Made by a program: the position numbers and the translations under genes | Notes under the pieces: model-generated | Databases searched by the model: none | What the model saw: the letters and a program-made list of their open reading frames with translations, nothing else | Told to the model about the DNA's origin: nothing | Shown here: piece after piece, positions 54,935-64,000 of the stretch | How positions within the stretch are numbered: position 1 is the stretch's first letter | Layout: every line of letters begins with the position of its first letter | Source of the DNA: an uncultured virus (IMG/VR IMGVR_UViG_3300019366_000026) | Taxonomy: Duplodnaviria > Heunggongvirae > Uroviricota > Caudoviricetes | Length of the DNA: 64,000 bases | Reading direction: 5' to 3' (one strand) | IMG/VR virus record: IMGVR_UViG_3300019366_000026

Positions 54935-57900
54935 TCAGAAGTTATCTAAGTTTTCAATCATATCTACCCGGTCTTGTGCCTCGGTAATCTCCACGACGGA
55001 CACAACCGGCTTTATCTCTCTTGCGGCTTGCGAGAATGAATCCGTAAGCATTTCAGCATTGTCAACGCTTTCGTAGGAATTGGCTACCTGGATAGGCACT
55101 CCGCTTCCGATACTGTTCATTGCCGCCAACACCGGCTCAAACATCTTGGTCGCTCTTGCTGTCATCACATATTCGCCGTTTGAAAGCATTGCAGGTATGC
55201 TGTCGCTCGTTCCATCGCCCGGGCCATTCACTTTACCACCCTTGGCGAATTTCGCGCTCTTAACAGTTGAAATTGCTGTGGCGATATTAGCCAATACAGT
55301 GGCGACTGTGGTAGCAATAGCAACAAGATTACCAGGGAACGGCACTGCTGACGCCGATGCGATACCGGCGGAGAGAGCCTTACCTGTATCAATGGCTATC
55401 TGAGCCAAAGCGATAACTTTAGCCATTTTCGCAGCCGCGGAGCCTTCCTCTCCGACGGCTTCCAATAGACTGATAAGACTATTGGAAACTGCACGGGCCG
55501 CTTGGGCTTTTGCCTGCTCGTTCTTGACATAGGCTTCATTGATGGCAACCTGCTTATCAAGCCAATTCTGTTTAGCGTTATTCTGTTCTTGAATCCATTC
55601 TTCTTCGGTTTGTGTAGATAATTGTCCTCTTTCAAGCAAATTTTGGTACTCTTGCTCTGCCGCATCACGTTCAGTCCTTAAACGTTCGGCCTCATAGCCC
55701 CCAATAGATTGTAACTTCCTTTCTTGGTCGGCTTCCATTTCTTCATCGGTCATGGTTCGCCAACCCTCACGACGGAGTTGCTTTTCGGTTTCGGCTATGT
55801 CAAGTTGGTCGATCTCATTCTGGAGAACTACTTTCTGCTTTTCGTAAATTTGAGTTTGATACTCATCAACGGCCGCATCTTTTTCTTTGTTGTATTTCTC
55901 CCGAATGGCGGCAAGAGCAATTTGACGTTCCTCCTCATTCTCATAATCGCGTTGGGCCTGCGCGAGTTCCAACTCCTCCTGCTTCTGAAGTTGCTCCATC
56001 TTAAGGGTAAGTTCAGCATTGGAGCCTTCTTCTATGGCACGAAGTTGAAGTTCAATGAGTTTGGACTGATGTTCAACACGCTTCTTCAACTCCTCGGTAT
56101 CGAATTCGGCCATGGCGGCTTCCTTCTGCTTTCCGAGAGAGTCTATGATACTGAGAATTGCAGTTTTGCTCTGCTCAGTCAACGTTTTATCTTCCGCCAG
56201 TTTCTTTTTATAGTCCGCAATCTGACGGTCGTAGGACAGAGCCAACTGTTTGCGTCGAGTTTCAGCGGCTTCTTTGGTTATCTTCAGCAGTTCATCTTCC
56301 GCCTTACGAAGTAATTCGGCCTCAACCTTGGCAGGATCATTACCGCTTTTGGAAGTTGTTTTGGAAGAACTTCCACCTCCGCTCTTACCGCCTCCGCCTT
56401 TCTTCCCATTGCCGTCATTATTAGTGGTTACAGAAGTATCGACAGTCGCTTTAGCCTCAACTGGAATCTCAATCTTAGGGAGCTTCTTGTCAAGGCTATC
56501 CCAGGCTTCTTTTGTGCTGGCTACCGTGTCATTCACGATATTCTTGAGGGCCTTACCAGAGGCTGAGCGAAATTTCTCCCAACCGGCAGAGAATGTATCC
56601 CAGTTCAGTGTAAAAGCGCCCTTTATCATGTTACCAAGTCCGACAATCTCGTCCACAATCAATCCAAGCACATTCTTGACTACTGACCACAGGATTTTGA
56701 ATGTGTTTCCGATAGATGCGACAATTCCACGGACTAATAGAGATTCGTTATATAACTCAATGAACCAGTTGCAAACATCTACTATTCCTTTGATGATTGC
56801 AGTAATACCCTTGTTGACAAATGTTTTGGCTTGCGTCATCATTGACTCAAACGTGCCACCCGTGAGGTCAAATAAACCGGCTATGGCATTGTCGAGCTCG
56901 ACCTGGCTCTGCAACTGTTCTTCTTGCAGGCGGCCGAGTTCCCCGGACTTCTCTTTAACCTCGTCCATGCTCACGCTCATATCTTTGAGCGTGGTAAGAT
57001 ATTTGTAACCGGCATCTTGACCGGGGCCTCCGAAGATATTGGCAACTGCCTCGCTGGCTACCTTGGAGCTTTCAGGCAACTCTGCCAGTTTTCCACTGAC
57101 TTGCTGCATTACCTCAAAGGTTGTCATTGAGCCGTCTGCCAGTTTCTTCTGTATCTCAGTTGAGTTCAGACCTATCGCCTTTAACGAACCGGCCGTAGCA
57201 TCAGACATTTCTCCAAGACGGATATTGGCCTCCTTTATAGTATCGAGAGCCTTATTCGACACAATGCCCATTTTGCTGGCTTGTGTCGTGATGGCGATGA
57301 AACCTTCCGCACTTACGCCTGCCTCTTTGAAATAAGCCGGGAACTCTTCAAGGCTCTCCAAATATTTGCCGTTGGCATTAGCACCAGACACAAAACCGTC
57401 TTGAACCAGTTTCAAGGCTTCATCAACGCTTATTCCAAATTGATTGGCGACATTGTTCGCGGCCGTCAAGACGCTTTCAAAATCAGCCCCGAATGTGTCA
57501 GCGGTGGCCTGAACCTCATTTCTGAAGTTCTTGAGGTCGTTGCCACTTTTACCAGTAAGATCAGAGGTAAGTCGAGTGGCTTCAACTAATCCCTTGTTGT
57601 AGTCGAACCACGCTTTGGCAGCCATTATAGTTCCAGCAATTCCAAGTATTGCTAAAACATATGGGTTGGCAAGCAACGTCATCAAGGTCTTGCCTAATGC
57701 CTGAATCTTGACTTTTAGCCCGTCGATAAATGATCCGGCAGAATTGTTTGCCAGATTCTGAAGAGAACTACCGAACTTTGTACTTACACCCACCAACTCT
57801 CCGAGAGAATCAATAAGACCCTCGCTTTGGTTTTCATGCTCGGCTATTACCTCATTGTTTTCTTCAATCTTCTTGTTGAGCGCTTCTATAGCGTCAGCGG

Positions 57901-58498
57901 CTCCTTCCGCAGAGGGGTCGATTCCGGCAAGCGCCCGGCGGAGAATATCATTGGCTTCCTCTGCCTCTTCGGCTGTCCTGCACTCTTTGGAAAGAGCGTC
58001 AATCAGGCCCTCTACGGCAGTCGCAGCCTGTCCCATAGCGTTGGGATAGTTACCTACGTTACGGAAAAACCTCTGCGTACCTTGCTCGGCCTCCTTAAGT
58101 TTGGTAGTTAACTCATTGATGTGGGCTTTCAACTCCTCTCCGCGGGCACCCTCACGCTCGGCCTGACTCAGTTTATCATATTCAGCCGTGAGGTTAGACA
58201 GTTCTGCACGCCACTGAACGAGAGAACCAAGGTTCTCAGCCTGGGCTTTCTCTTGATTGTTGAGTTGCCTTGTCAAAGTATTGATGGCCTGGTTTTGCTG
58301 CATGATGAATATGCGCGAAGCTTCTACTTGACGGCCGTATTCTTCTTCTGATATAGCACCATCGTTAAGTTCCTTTTTGAGTTCTTTCTGCCGGGCCATA
58401 GCTTCGGCTACCTCCTTGCGGTATTTAGCAATCTGATCAAGCGCGTCTTTGGTCCGCACCTGAATATCCAGTATTTTCGTTCTTACGTCTGACGCCAT
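54935..58498 (-). CDS. Tail tape measure protein
   Basis: 1187 aa, helical, RNVGNY and C-terminal FAKGGKVNGPGDGTSDSIPAMLSNGEYV. Confidence 0.92.
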   Translation of the reverse strand: MASDVRTKILDIQVRTKDALDQIAKYRKEVAEAMARQKELKKELNDGAISEEEYGRQVEASRIFIMQQNQAINTLTRQLNNQEKAQAENLGSLVQWRAELSNLTAEYDKLSQAEREGARGEELKAHINELTTKLKEAEQGTQRFFRNVGNYPNAMGQAATAVEGLIDALSKECRTAEEAEEANDILRRALAGIDPSAEGAADAIEALNKKIEENNEVIAEHENQSEGLIDSLGELVGVSTKFGSSLQNLANNSAGSFIDGLKVKIQALGKTLMTLLANPYVLAILGIAGTIMAAKAWFDYNKGLVEATRLTSDLTGKSGNDLKNFRNEVQATADTFGADFESVLTAANNVANQFGISVDEALKLVQDGFVSGANANGKYLESLEEFPAYFKEAGVSAEGFIAITTQASKMGIVSNKALDTIKEANIRLGEMSDATAGSLKAIGLNSTEIQKKLADGSMTTFEVMQQVSGKLAELPESSKVASEAVANIFGGPGQDAGYKYLTTLKDMSVSMDEVKEKSGELGRLQEEQLQSQVELDNAIAGLFDLTGGTFESMMTQAKTFVNKGITAIIKGIVDVCNWFIELYNESLLVRGIVASIGNTFKILWSVVKNVLGLIVDEIVGLGNMIKGAFTLNWDTFSAGWEKFRSASGKALKNIVNDTVASTKEAWDSLDKKLPKIEIPVEAKATVDTSVTTNNDGNGKKGGGGKSGGGSSSKTTSKSGNDPAKVEAELLRKAEDELLKITKEAAETRRKQLALSYDRQIADYKKKLAEDKTLTEQSKTAILSIIDSLGKQKEAAMAEFDTEELKKRVEHQSKLIELQLRAIEEGSNAELTLKMEQLQKQEELELAQAQRDYENEEERQIALAAIREKYNKEKDAAVDEYQTQIYEKQKVVLQNEIDQLDIAETEKQLRREGWRTMTDEEMEADQERKLQSIGGYEAERLRTERDAAEQEYQNLLERGQLSTQTEEEWIQEQNNAKQNWLDKQVAINEAYVKNEQAKAQAARAVSNSLISLLEAVGEEGSAAAKMAKVIALAQIAIDTGKALSAGIASASAVPFPGNLVAIATTVATVLANIATAISTVKSAKFAKGGKVNGPGDGTSDSIPAMLSNGEYVMTARATKMFEPVLAAMNSIGSGVPIQVANSYESVDNAEMLTDSFSQAAREIKPVVSVVEITEAQDRVDMIENLDNF

Positions 58499-58499
58499 A

Positions 58500-60647
58500 T
58501 TATACTTGGTTTTCTTCTTCAGGTAGTTTTATGAGTTCACATTTGCAGACACCTTTGCTATCGCGTGTTATAGATACGATTGCGAAGTAGGCACCATACT
58601 TTTCAATATACACTGGGATAGAGTAGTCGAGATTCCGAAGGTCATGTTCATTCAATATCAGGTTTTCTGTTATGATGACAGGATTCTCCATAATCTTAGT
58701 AAGGTATTCGTAATTGGGATCGCCTTGCATATTGGCAAAACCATTCCAAATTGTCATACCCATTTTTACACCTCTTTTGCTATCCAGTTCCCATGGCAAT
58801 TCTTTGATAAGACCAAAGCAAGGCTTGGCTTCCTTGTACGCAAATTTGCCATCGTCATCGAGTTGCCAAAACTTTAGAATTCCGACTTTTGTTTTGGGGT
58901 GTTTCCCGTCTTGTAGGTAGGCTCCATAAAACGGAAGCTGGATTATAGTTTTGTTCTTTTCTAAAGTTTCATTACTTACTGCAATAATGCCAAATCCATT
59001 TTCATATACATCGGCATCCTCTTCCTCATCGTTGGCTTCTAATTCATCATTTTTCATCAAATAATGGTTATGCTGCCCGAAGCCACTTATCGCATACGAA
59101 ATCTTGGAAGGCAATTTAGATGTCTCACCACTAATTTTACGACTCCAGTCAGTAGCGTTTTGGGCTATGATGTTATTTTTGAGGTCAGTGAGATACAATG
59201 GTACGACCTCATTACTTGAGTTCAAAGATGGAAATGCACCAATCATGAAGTATAACGCTTTCATTAACGTCATACAACTTATGTCAGGAAGATTGGACAT
59301 TACGTCTATTTTGGTTTTGTTGTATTCTGAAACAAAATCTCCAGGGACATTCATTCCGTCAGGCAATGGTATAGTCGCAGCTTTATAAATTCGAGTAGCA
59401 TTACCTTGATGCCACTGGTCAACTTGAAAATTTATTTTATTACAGCTAAAGGCAAAGAATATTTTATCTCCAGCAGCCACTTCGGTTGTTACTCTACTTG
59501 CGCCCCATTCTTTGGAGAAATTGAAAATCCAGCCAGCAGGGCGAGTTGTCGTCATACCATCTTCTGAAAACTGTTCAAATACATATTTACCTTCTATTGT
59601 TTGTATCTCCGAATTGGCATTACCCGACCTTTTATAGACAATAAGTTTTGGCTTATTATCCATACCGGCGGCTCCTGTAGTTAACGGAAGCCTTTTGTAC
59701 GGCCAGGTTTGGGGATCGTGATATGTAAAAGAGCATAACATATACCCATCGATTTCTATCTCTCCACCAGTGCCTGTAATTTCTATCGCATTTACTAATC
59801 CATCTCCATCTAGAATTACACCGTAATCTGCCGCATTGAAAGAATGCCCATTTTTGGTTCCTTTCAACACGTGGCCCACATCATATATTGTTTCTTCCCT
59901 CAGGATAGACATAATAAATGTTCCTACTGAATCAGAAGAAATCTCAGCCTTAACTAAAGGAACAACGCCCCGTTGCATAACAATGCTACGAGGATTTCCC
60001 CAACCATCGACATACTTAAAATCTGCATCGAATCTGAATTTCGTACCATATTTATCGTTAATCACTTTTACAAGAGCATTGATAGGAACTACCGGCATAG
60101 GCCATACGCAATAGCAGTCCATCGCATGAAATAGGCCGTCGTCATCAATGTATTTGAGACCTGCATTATACGCCGGTTTTAACACTGGCAAAGTATTGTC
60201 GAATTCAGTTATAGCGGGGTTCGTGTAGCCGAAGTCCACAGAGGGAGCACCATCCTTGCCTTGCCAGAGTTCTCGAATGGAAATATCGTTGTCCTTGAGA
60301 GTTTGAAAGCCATCTATTACGCCCCACGTCATAACAGCGTTAAAACCAGTTTCAGTGCTGTCAATGTGCAGATTCGCGTTAGAGAACAATGGAATCCCAT
60401 TCTGCACATACTCCGCTTTGAGCCGACGGCGAATTTTATTTGAATTACAACGAATATCGTCGGCGTTGTCAAACACGCGACGGTTATTGGCTGTAAGGGG
60501 CAACTTGAACGTATAGGTGTACGAGCAAGTTATCTTCGACAAGTCACCGAAGATATTACTCTTGAAGTTGAGCGTTATGCCGGAGGGGATTGATAAATCA
60601 ACCCTCAACTTTTTACCTTTATCTATGATGTATAGTTCTTCGTACAT
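58500..60647 (-). CDS. Minor tail protein (hub/tip-like)
   Basis: 715 aa, SYTYTFKLPLTANN motif, adjacent to tape measure. Confidence 0.65.
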   Translation of the reverse strand: MYEELYIIDKGKKLRVDLSIPSGITLNFKSNIFGDLSKITCSYTYTFKLPLTANNRRVFDNADDIRCNSNKIRRRLKAEYVQNGIPLFSNANLHIDSTETGFNAVMTWGVIDGFQTLKDNDISIRELWQGKDGAPSVDFGYTNPAITEFDNTLPVLKPAYNAGLKYIDDDGLFHAMDCYCVWPMPVVPINALVKVINDKYGTKFRFDADFKYVDGWGNPRSIVMQRGVVPLVKAEISSDSVGTFIMSILREETIYDVGHVLKGTKNGHSFNAADYGVILDGDGLVNAIEITGTGGEIEIDGYMLCSFTYHDPQTWPYKRLPLTTGAAGMDNKPKLIVYKRSGNANSEIQTIEGKYVFEQFSEDGMTTTRPAGWIFNFSKEWGASRVTTEVAAGDKIFFAFSCNKINFQVDQWHQGNATRIYKAATIPLPDGMNVPGDFVSEYNKTKIDVMSNLPDISCMTLMKALYFMIGAFPSLNSSNEVVPLYLTDLKNNIIAQNATDWSRKISGETSKLPSKISYAISGFGQHNHYLMKNDELEANDEEEDADVYENGFGIIAVSNETLEKNKTIIQLPFYGAYLQDGKHPKTKVGILKFWQLDDDGKFAYKEAKPCFGLIKELPWELDSKRGVKMGMTIWNGFANMQGDPNYEYLTKIMENPVIITENLILNEHDLRNLDYSIPVYIEKYGAYFAIVSITRDSKGVCKCELIKLPEEENQV

Positions 60648-60650
60648 AGC

Positions 60651-62090
60651 TTATAAGGTTTGGGCATTGGTTTCGGGCAATGCGAACGTGATTTCTAAAT
60701 CGTTCATTAACTTTTGCGGATCTTCCTTTACAGTGCTTGCTTGAATATTCACAGGGAGCCAAATATCTTCTCCAGAAATGTCCTTGCCGCCATAAAGGTC
60801 TATAATGGGCGATGACAGTATTGTAATGACGTACTCAAAGATATCCGCAGGGAGATTGACGGCGCAACATTTCCGCGTTACTGTACACTCAATGCTACGT
60901 GTCCGAGTTATATTGGCGAAGTGGAGGTCATTGATAGGCTCATCTTGTAGCACTTTGTCGGAGCCAAGTTTATTTTTGTAATTTGTGTCGCCTTTGACGA
61001 AGAGGAAATACTGTAGGTTCCCATGTCTATCCACCCATCGTAAGTAATAGCCCGCCGTGTCATTGCATACTTTGAGATTGATGAGTGCCACATTCTCGCC
61101 GGTTTGGAAGAATGTGTAATCAAAGGTTCTGTCAAACACCGACATTGTGCGGTCCTCTTCAGATATCTTGTATTTGATAGTTGCTGTATGCTTTGCCGTC
61201 GGAAATATTTGACCTGCCGGAATATCTTCAAATCCAAGGTCAGTAAACATTCCGCAGTAAACCAACTCATCATTCATGAATCGGTATCGAGCAAAGCCTC
61301 TTTCTGTTTCCAGAAGATATGTAACATCAGTGCGAGGCTTATTGTCATTAGACGCATCGCAATAATCAGCCGTATCGCCCCAGAATTCGCTACTGTCGCC
61401 GACCCACTGAGAGTGGTATTTCCCATCTTTCAATGCAACGAACCGCTTAGCGACAGCGTAGTAGACAATCTGAAATGGCAGTTCTATGAATACAGATGAC
61501 ATATCAGGCAGTTTGGAAGCGTATTTCTCTATTTTTTCAAATAGGCAAACTTTGGTGTCGCGATAAATAGGCTCACTCCCGTAACGACCACTGTCAACGC
61601 GGCCGTAGAACTGTACTTCACGATTATATCGGAAAAGCGAAACTGTGAACGGAAACTTCTTGAACCATATCAGATTTCGTTCAAAATATTGTTTGTTATC
61701 TTCGCGCTTGTAAACTCCTAAGTTGCCAAAACGCTCTCCGACAGCGAGATTTCCCCAAATGACGAGTGTACTGAAAGTGAATAGCGTGGTTACGCCTATC
61801 TTAATCTGAACTTGAGCTTCCACACACCGAGTGTTCCGTGGATCATCAAACATCAGTTCAAATAGACGGGATAGATATATTCTGGTTTTTCCTTTGTAGA
61901 AAGAGATTTTGATTGTCTGAGGGTCAATAGAAGTTAATCCTGATAATTTTTCAACAGTGACCGTCAAGACACCCGCTGGCCACGATGATTCAAACTCCAC
62001 AAAGTTTGGGTTGAAAGCGAAGCACATCTCATCAGGATAGCGAACCACGCAATCCGCTATGTTCAAAAGGGTAAATGTTCCAGTTCTCAT
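60651..62090 (-). CDS. Minor tail protein
   Basis: 479 aa, YLRWVDRHGNLQYFLF motif; tail module. Confidence 0.6.
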   Translation of the reverse strand: MRTGTFTLLNIADCVVRYPDEMCFAFNPNFVEFESSWPAGVLTVTVEKLSGLTSIDPQTIKISFYKGKTRIYLSRLFELMFDDPRNTRCVEAQVQIKIGVTTLFTFSTLVIWGNLAVGERFGNLGVYKREDNKQYFERNLIWFKKFPFTVSLFRYNREVQFYGRVDSGRYGSEPIYRDTKVCLFEKIEKYASKLPDMSSVFIELPFQIVYYAVAKRFVALKDGKYHSQWVGDSSEFWGDTADYCDASNDNKPRTDVTYLLETERGFARYRFMNDELVYCGMFTDLGFEDIPAGQIFPTAKHTATIKYKISEEDRTMSVFDRTFDYTFFQTGENVALINLKVCNDTAGYYLRWVDRHGNLQYFLFVKGDTNYKNKLGSDKVLQDEPINDLHFANITRTRSIECTVTRKCCAVNLPADIFEYVITILSSPIIDLYGGKDISGEDIWLPVNIQASTVKEDPQKLMNDLEITFALPETNAQTL

Positions 62091-62572
62091 TCCGCAGATT
62101 CATTTATGCCAGACACCTTGTCAAGCAGGTTTATAGCCAGTTCCTCGCTCATCTTCTCCAGTTCCTCGTTGAGGACAGTAGAGAAAATGTCGTTGTATTG
62201 TTTATTCCTATAGAGCCGAGTCCCTTTCTTCATTATGCTGTATGCAACGGCTCCGGCGAAAGACCTCAAAGCACCTTCCGGCGATTGGGGCTGTCCTGCG
62301 ATGGCTTTCGCTTTTGCAGAGATACCTTTTGACTTCGCCCATTCGTATATGATTTCCTGAAAGCCTTTGGGCACAGCACCAGGCCCGCGACCCTTTTCCA
62401 TTACAAGAAATACCTTCGAGCCCCATAGAGTGCCGTGGTCGCCATTAACCTCTACCGAAAGGGAAGAAACAGTGCGGCCACTCGCATTACGCTTTTCAGC
62501 CACCATGCGCTCTGCAACTCTCGTTTTTATTGTATTGAGGTGCTGTGTTAGTATGTCAGTTATTTCTGCCAT
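62087..62572 (-). CDS. Neck / tail-completion-like protein
   Basis: 161 aa, ASGRT..SL, EKGRGPG, IMKKGT. Confidence 0.55.
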   Translation of the reverse strand: MAEITDILTQHLNTIKTRVAERMVAEKRNASGRTVSSLSVEVNGDHGTLWGSKVFLVMEKGRGPGAVPKGFQEIIYEWAKSKGISAKAKAIAGQPQSPEGALRSFAGAVAYSIMKKGTRLYRNKQYNDIFSTVLNEELEKMSEELAINLLDKVSGINESAE

Positions 62573-63078
62573 TAGTCGTTCTCCAGTTCTTCAGGATTAT
62601 ATATATCGGAGTCCTCGCAGATGCTAACTCCTTCTTCTTCTTCAAGAATGGGAGTGATAACAACGCCAGTCACATTTTCGTCAAGATGATCGTAGAGCAC
62701 CTGATAAGGCAGTTTGCCTTCCAGTTGCACGAAATAGCCGCTCTCATTGATAGCATTGATGAATCGCATACAGAGGCGTTTCATCTGCTCAACAAGGGCA
62801 TCATTTTCATCGCTTTCAAAATCAAACTCGGTGCTGCATACAAAGGCTATTTGGGCCTCCGGGTAATCCTTGATTTCTTGACGGCCGATATAGAAATCTC
62901 CCGACGGGGGCAGGATATACACAATGGTCGGCTTGTTGATTTTATCAAAGTCAACATTGGCCTGCGCCCAGTTCATAAAGCGATACTCAATATTCTCGCC
63001 CATCTTCAGCACCACATCGCGGACTTTGCCCTCAACTGTGCCGAGTTTGTGTTCATTGTCAAATGCCGGGTTGCTCAT
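62572..63078 (-). CDS. Tail terminator-like structural protein
   Basis: 168-aa acidic ORF in morphogenesis operon. Confidence 0.5.
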   Translation of the reverse strand: MSNPAFDNEHKLGTVEGKVRDVVLKMGENIEYRFMNWAQANVDFDKINKPTIVYILPPSGDFYIGRQEIKDYPEAQIAFVCSTEFDFESDENDALVEQMKRLCMRFINAINESGYFVQLEGKLPYQVLYDHLDENVTGVVITPILEEEEGVSICEDSDIYNPEELEND

Positions 63079-63677
63079 CTTCTTGAAGGTTTAACTTGAT
63101 ACTGTTTACGAAGGCGACGCTCATAATTGTTCTGCTCCGTATCATTCTTCATACAGTTGTAAATGCGGACCCATGCCACTTCACGAACCTCATTCTGATT
63201 GCTGATGCCCATTCGCTTTGCATACCAGTCGAGCACGCCGAACGGTCCAAAATCCAACTCCTTCACGCCGGCCGACAATTCCTCTGAAGAATAATTGACT
63301 TTAAGTGCTGAGAACAGGTTATTGATATTTGTAACCTGCTCCTTGATGAAGTTCATAAAGCCGAACACATCAAATACATTCAGTCGGCTTATTTCCCATG
63401 GCTTGAGGTCAAGAAGAATCCTCAGACACTCGGCCGCCGGATCAGAAGCACTGGCCGCGTTCCTCAAGTCCACAAGTTTACCATAGCTAATCATACTAAG
63501 AGATTCCGGGACCTCTCGCCCGGCAAGAAAACCGGGTTTGTGTGCTTGCCCCAGAGTTGCCAACAGCTCTTTCTGATGACTTACGGAACAGCAAGGAAAC
63601 AACACGAGGAATTCCCCATAGGTGTAGTGCCTTTGGGTTCTTGTCCTGCGCTGTTTGTATTTTTTGTTCTTCTTCAT
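63075..63677 (-). CDS. Hypothetical morphogenesis-region protein
   Basis: 200-aa ORF. Confidence 0.6.
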   Translation of the reverse strand: MKKNKKYKQRRTRTQRHYTYGEFLVLFPCCSVSHQKELLATLGQAHKPGFLAGREVPESLSMISYGKLVDLRNAASASDPAAECLRILLDLKPWEISRLNVFDVFGFMNFIKEQVTNINNLFSALKVNYSSEELSAGVKELDFGPFGVLDWYAKRMGISNQNEVREVAWVRIYNCMKNDTEQNNYERRLRKQYQVKPSRR

Positions 63678-63743
63678 TGGTTCAAAGTTACTTTTATTGA
63701 ATGGGGGAACGCTTGGCGTTTCAGGTGTTTCAAGTGCAACGGT

Positions 63744-64000
63744 TTATTCAGTAGCGTACGACTTGACATTCATTGTAGCACCTCTCGTTGGCTTGGTTCG
63801 GCGGAAGAACATGTTCATCATCATAGCGTCCATATAGTCAGGAGAGCGACCTATGATAATCTTCATCACTTCTTTCGAGATGATACCTTTTCGACGGACA
63901 TCGTTGTCGATGTAAGCCTGCTTCAATGCTCCCAGTTCCTCCATTAGCCTTTCTCGTTGGTCCGGAGTGCAGATTACACGAATCTTGCGCTCATTGATCA
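63744..64000 (-). CDS. Terminase large subunit, C-terminal fragment
   Basis: Frame open to the window edge; KEVMKIIIGRSPDYMDAMMM motif. Confidence 0.8.
   Translation of the reverse strand, partial: INERKIRVICTPDQRERLMEELGALKQAYIDNDVRRKGIISKEVMKIIIGRSPDYMDAMMMNMFFRRTKPTRGATMNVKSYATE

Larger units (their letters stand above)
2135..64000. mobile_element. Integrated temperate phage (left part; right end outside window)
   Basis: tRNA-linked tyrosine integrase, excisionase-like gene, lysis, portal, capsid, prohead protease, tape measure and terminase genes. Confidence 0.95.

Overview
Bacteroidales-type host DNA (1-~2.1 kb: truncated cotH-like gene, frameshifted prfB) is followed by the left ~62 kb of a large temperate, probably long-tailed prophage integrated in a tRNA-Ser(GGA) gene; the prophage continues past the right edge. 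Almost all phage genes are on the minus strand. Highlights: (1) a diversity-generating retroelement whose single template repeat (21860-21970) has two adenine-mutagenised targets, the adjacent 2715-aa tail/adhesin protein and a small, apparently non-structural protein 17 kb away; (2) an RT with a ~160-aa C-terminal extension and no recognisable avd gene; (3) integration leaves only the 5' half of the host tRNA-Ser, with a complete sequence-diverged replacement 30 bp downstream; (4) eight promoters, each overlaid by three direct 11-bp boxes at fixed 34/33-bp spacing, plus oriented solo boxes reminiscent of stoperators; (5) a long hairpin RNA candidate at 53.4 kb that matches a site upstream of metK 39 kb away; (6) a dUTPase-like / nucleosidase / metK cluster directly ahead of the lysis genes. 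All calls were made by eye from motifs and the ORF track; no database search was run.
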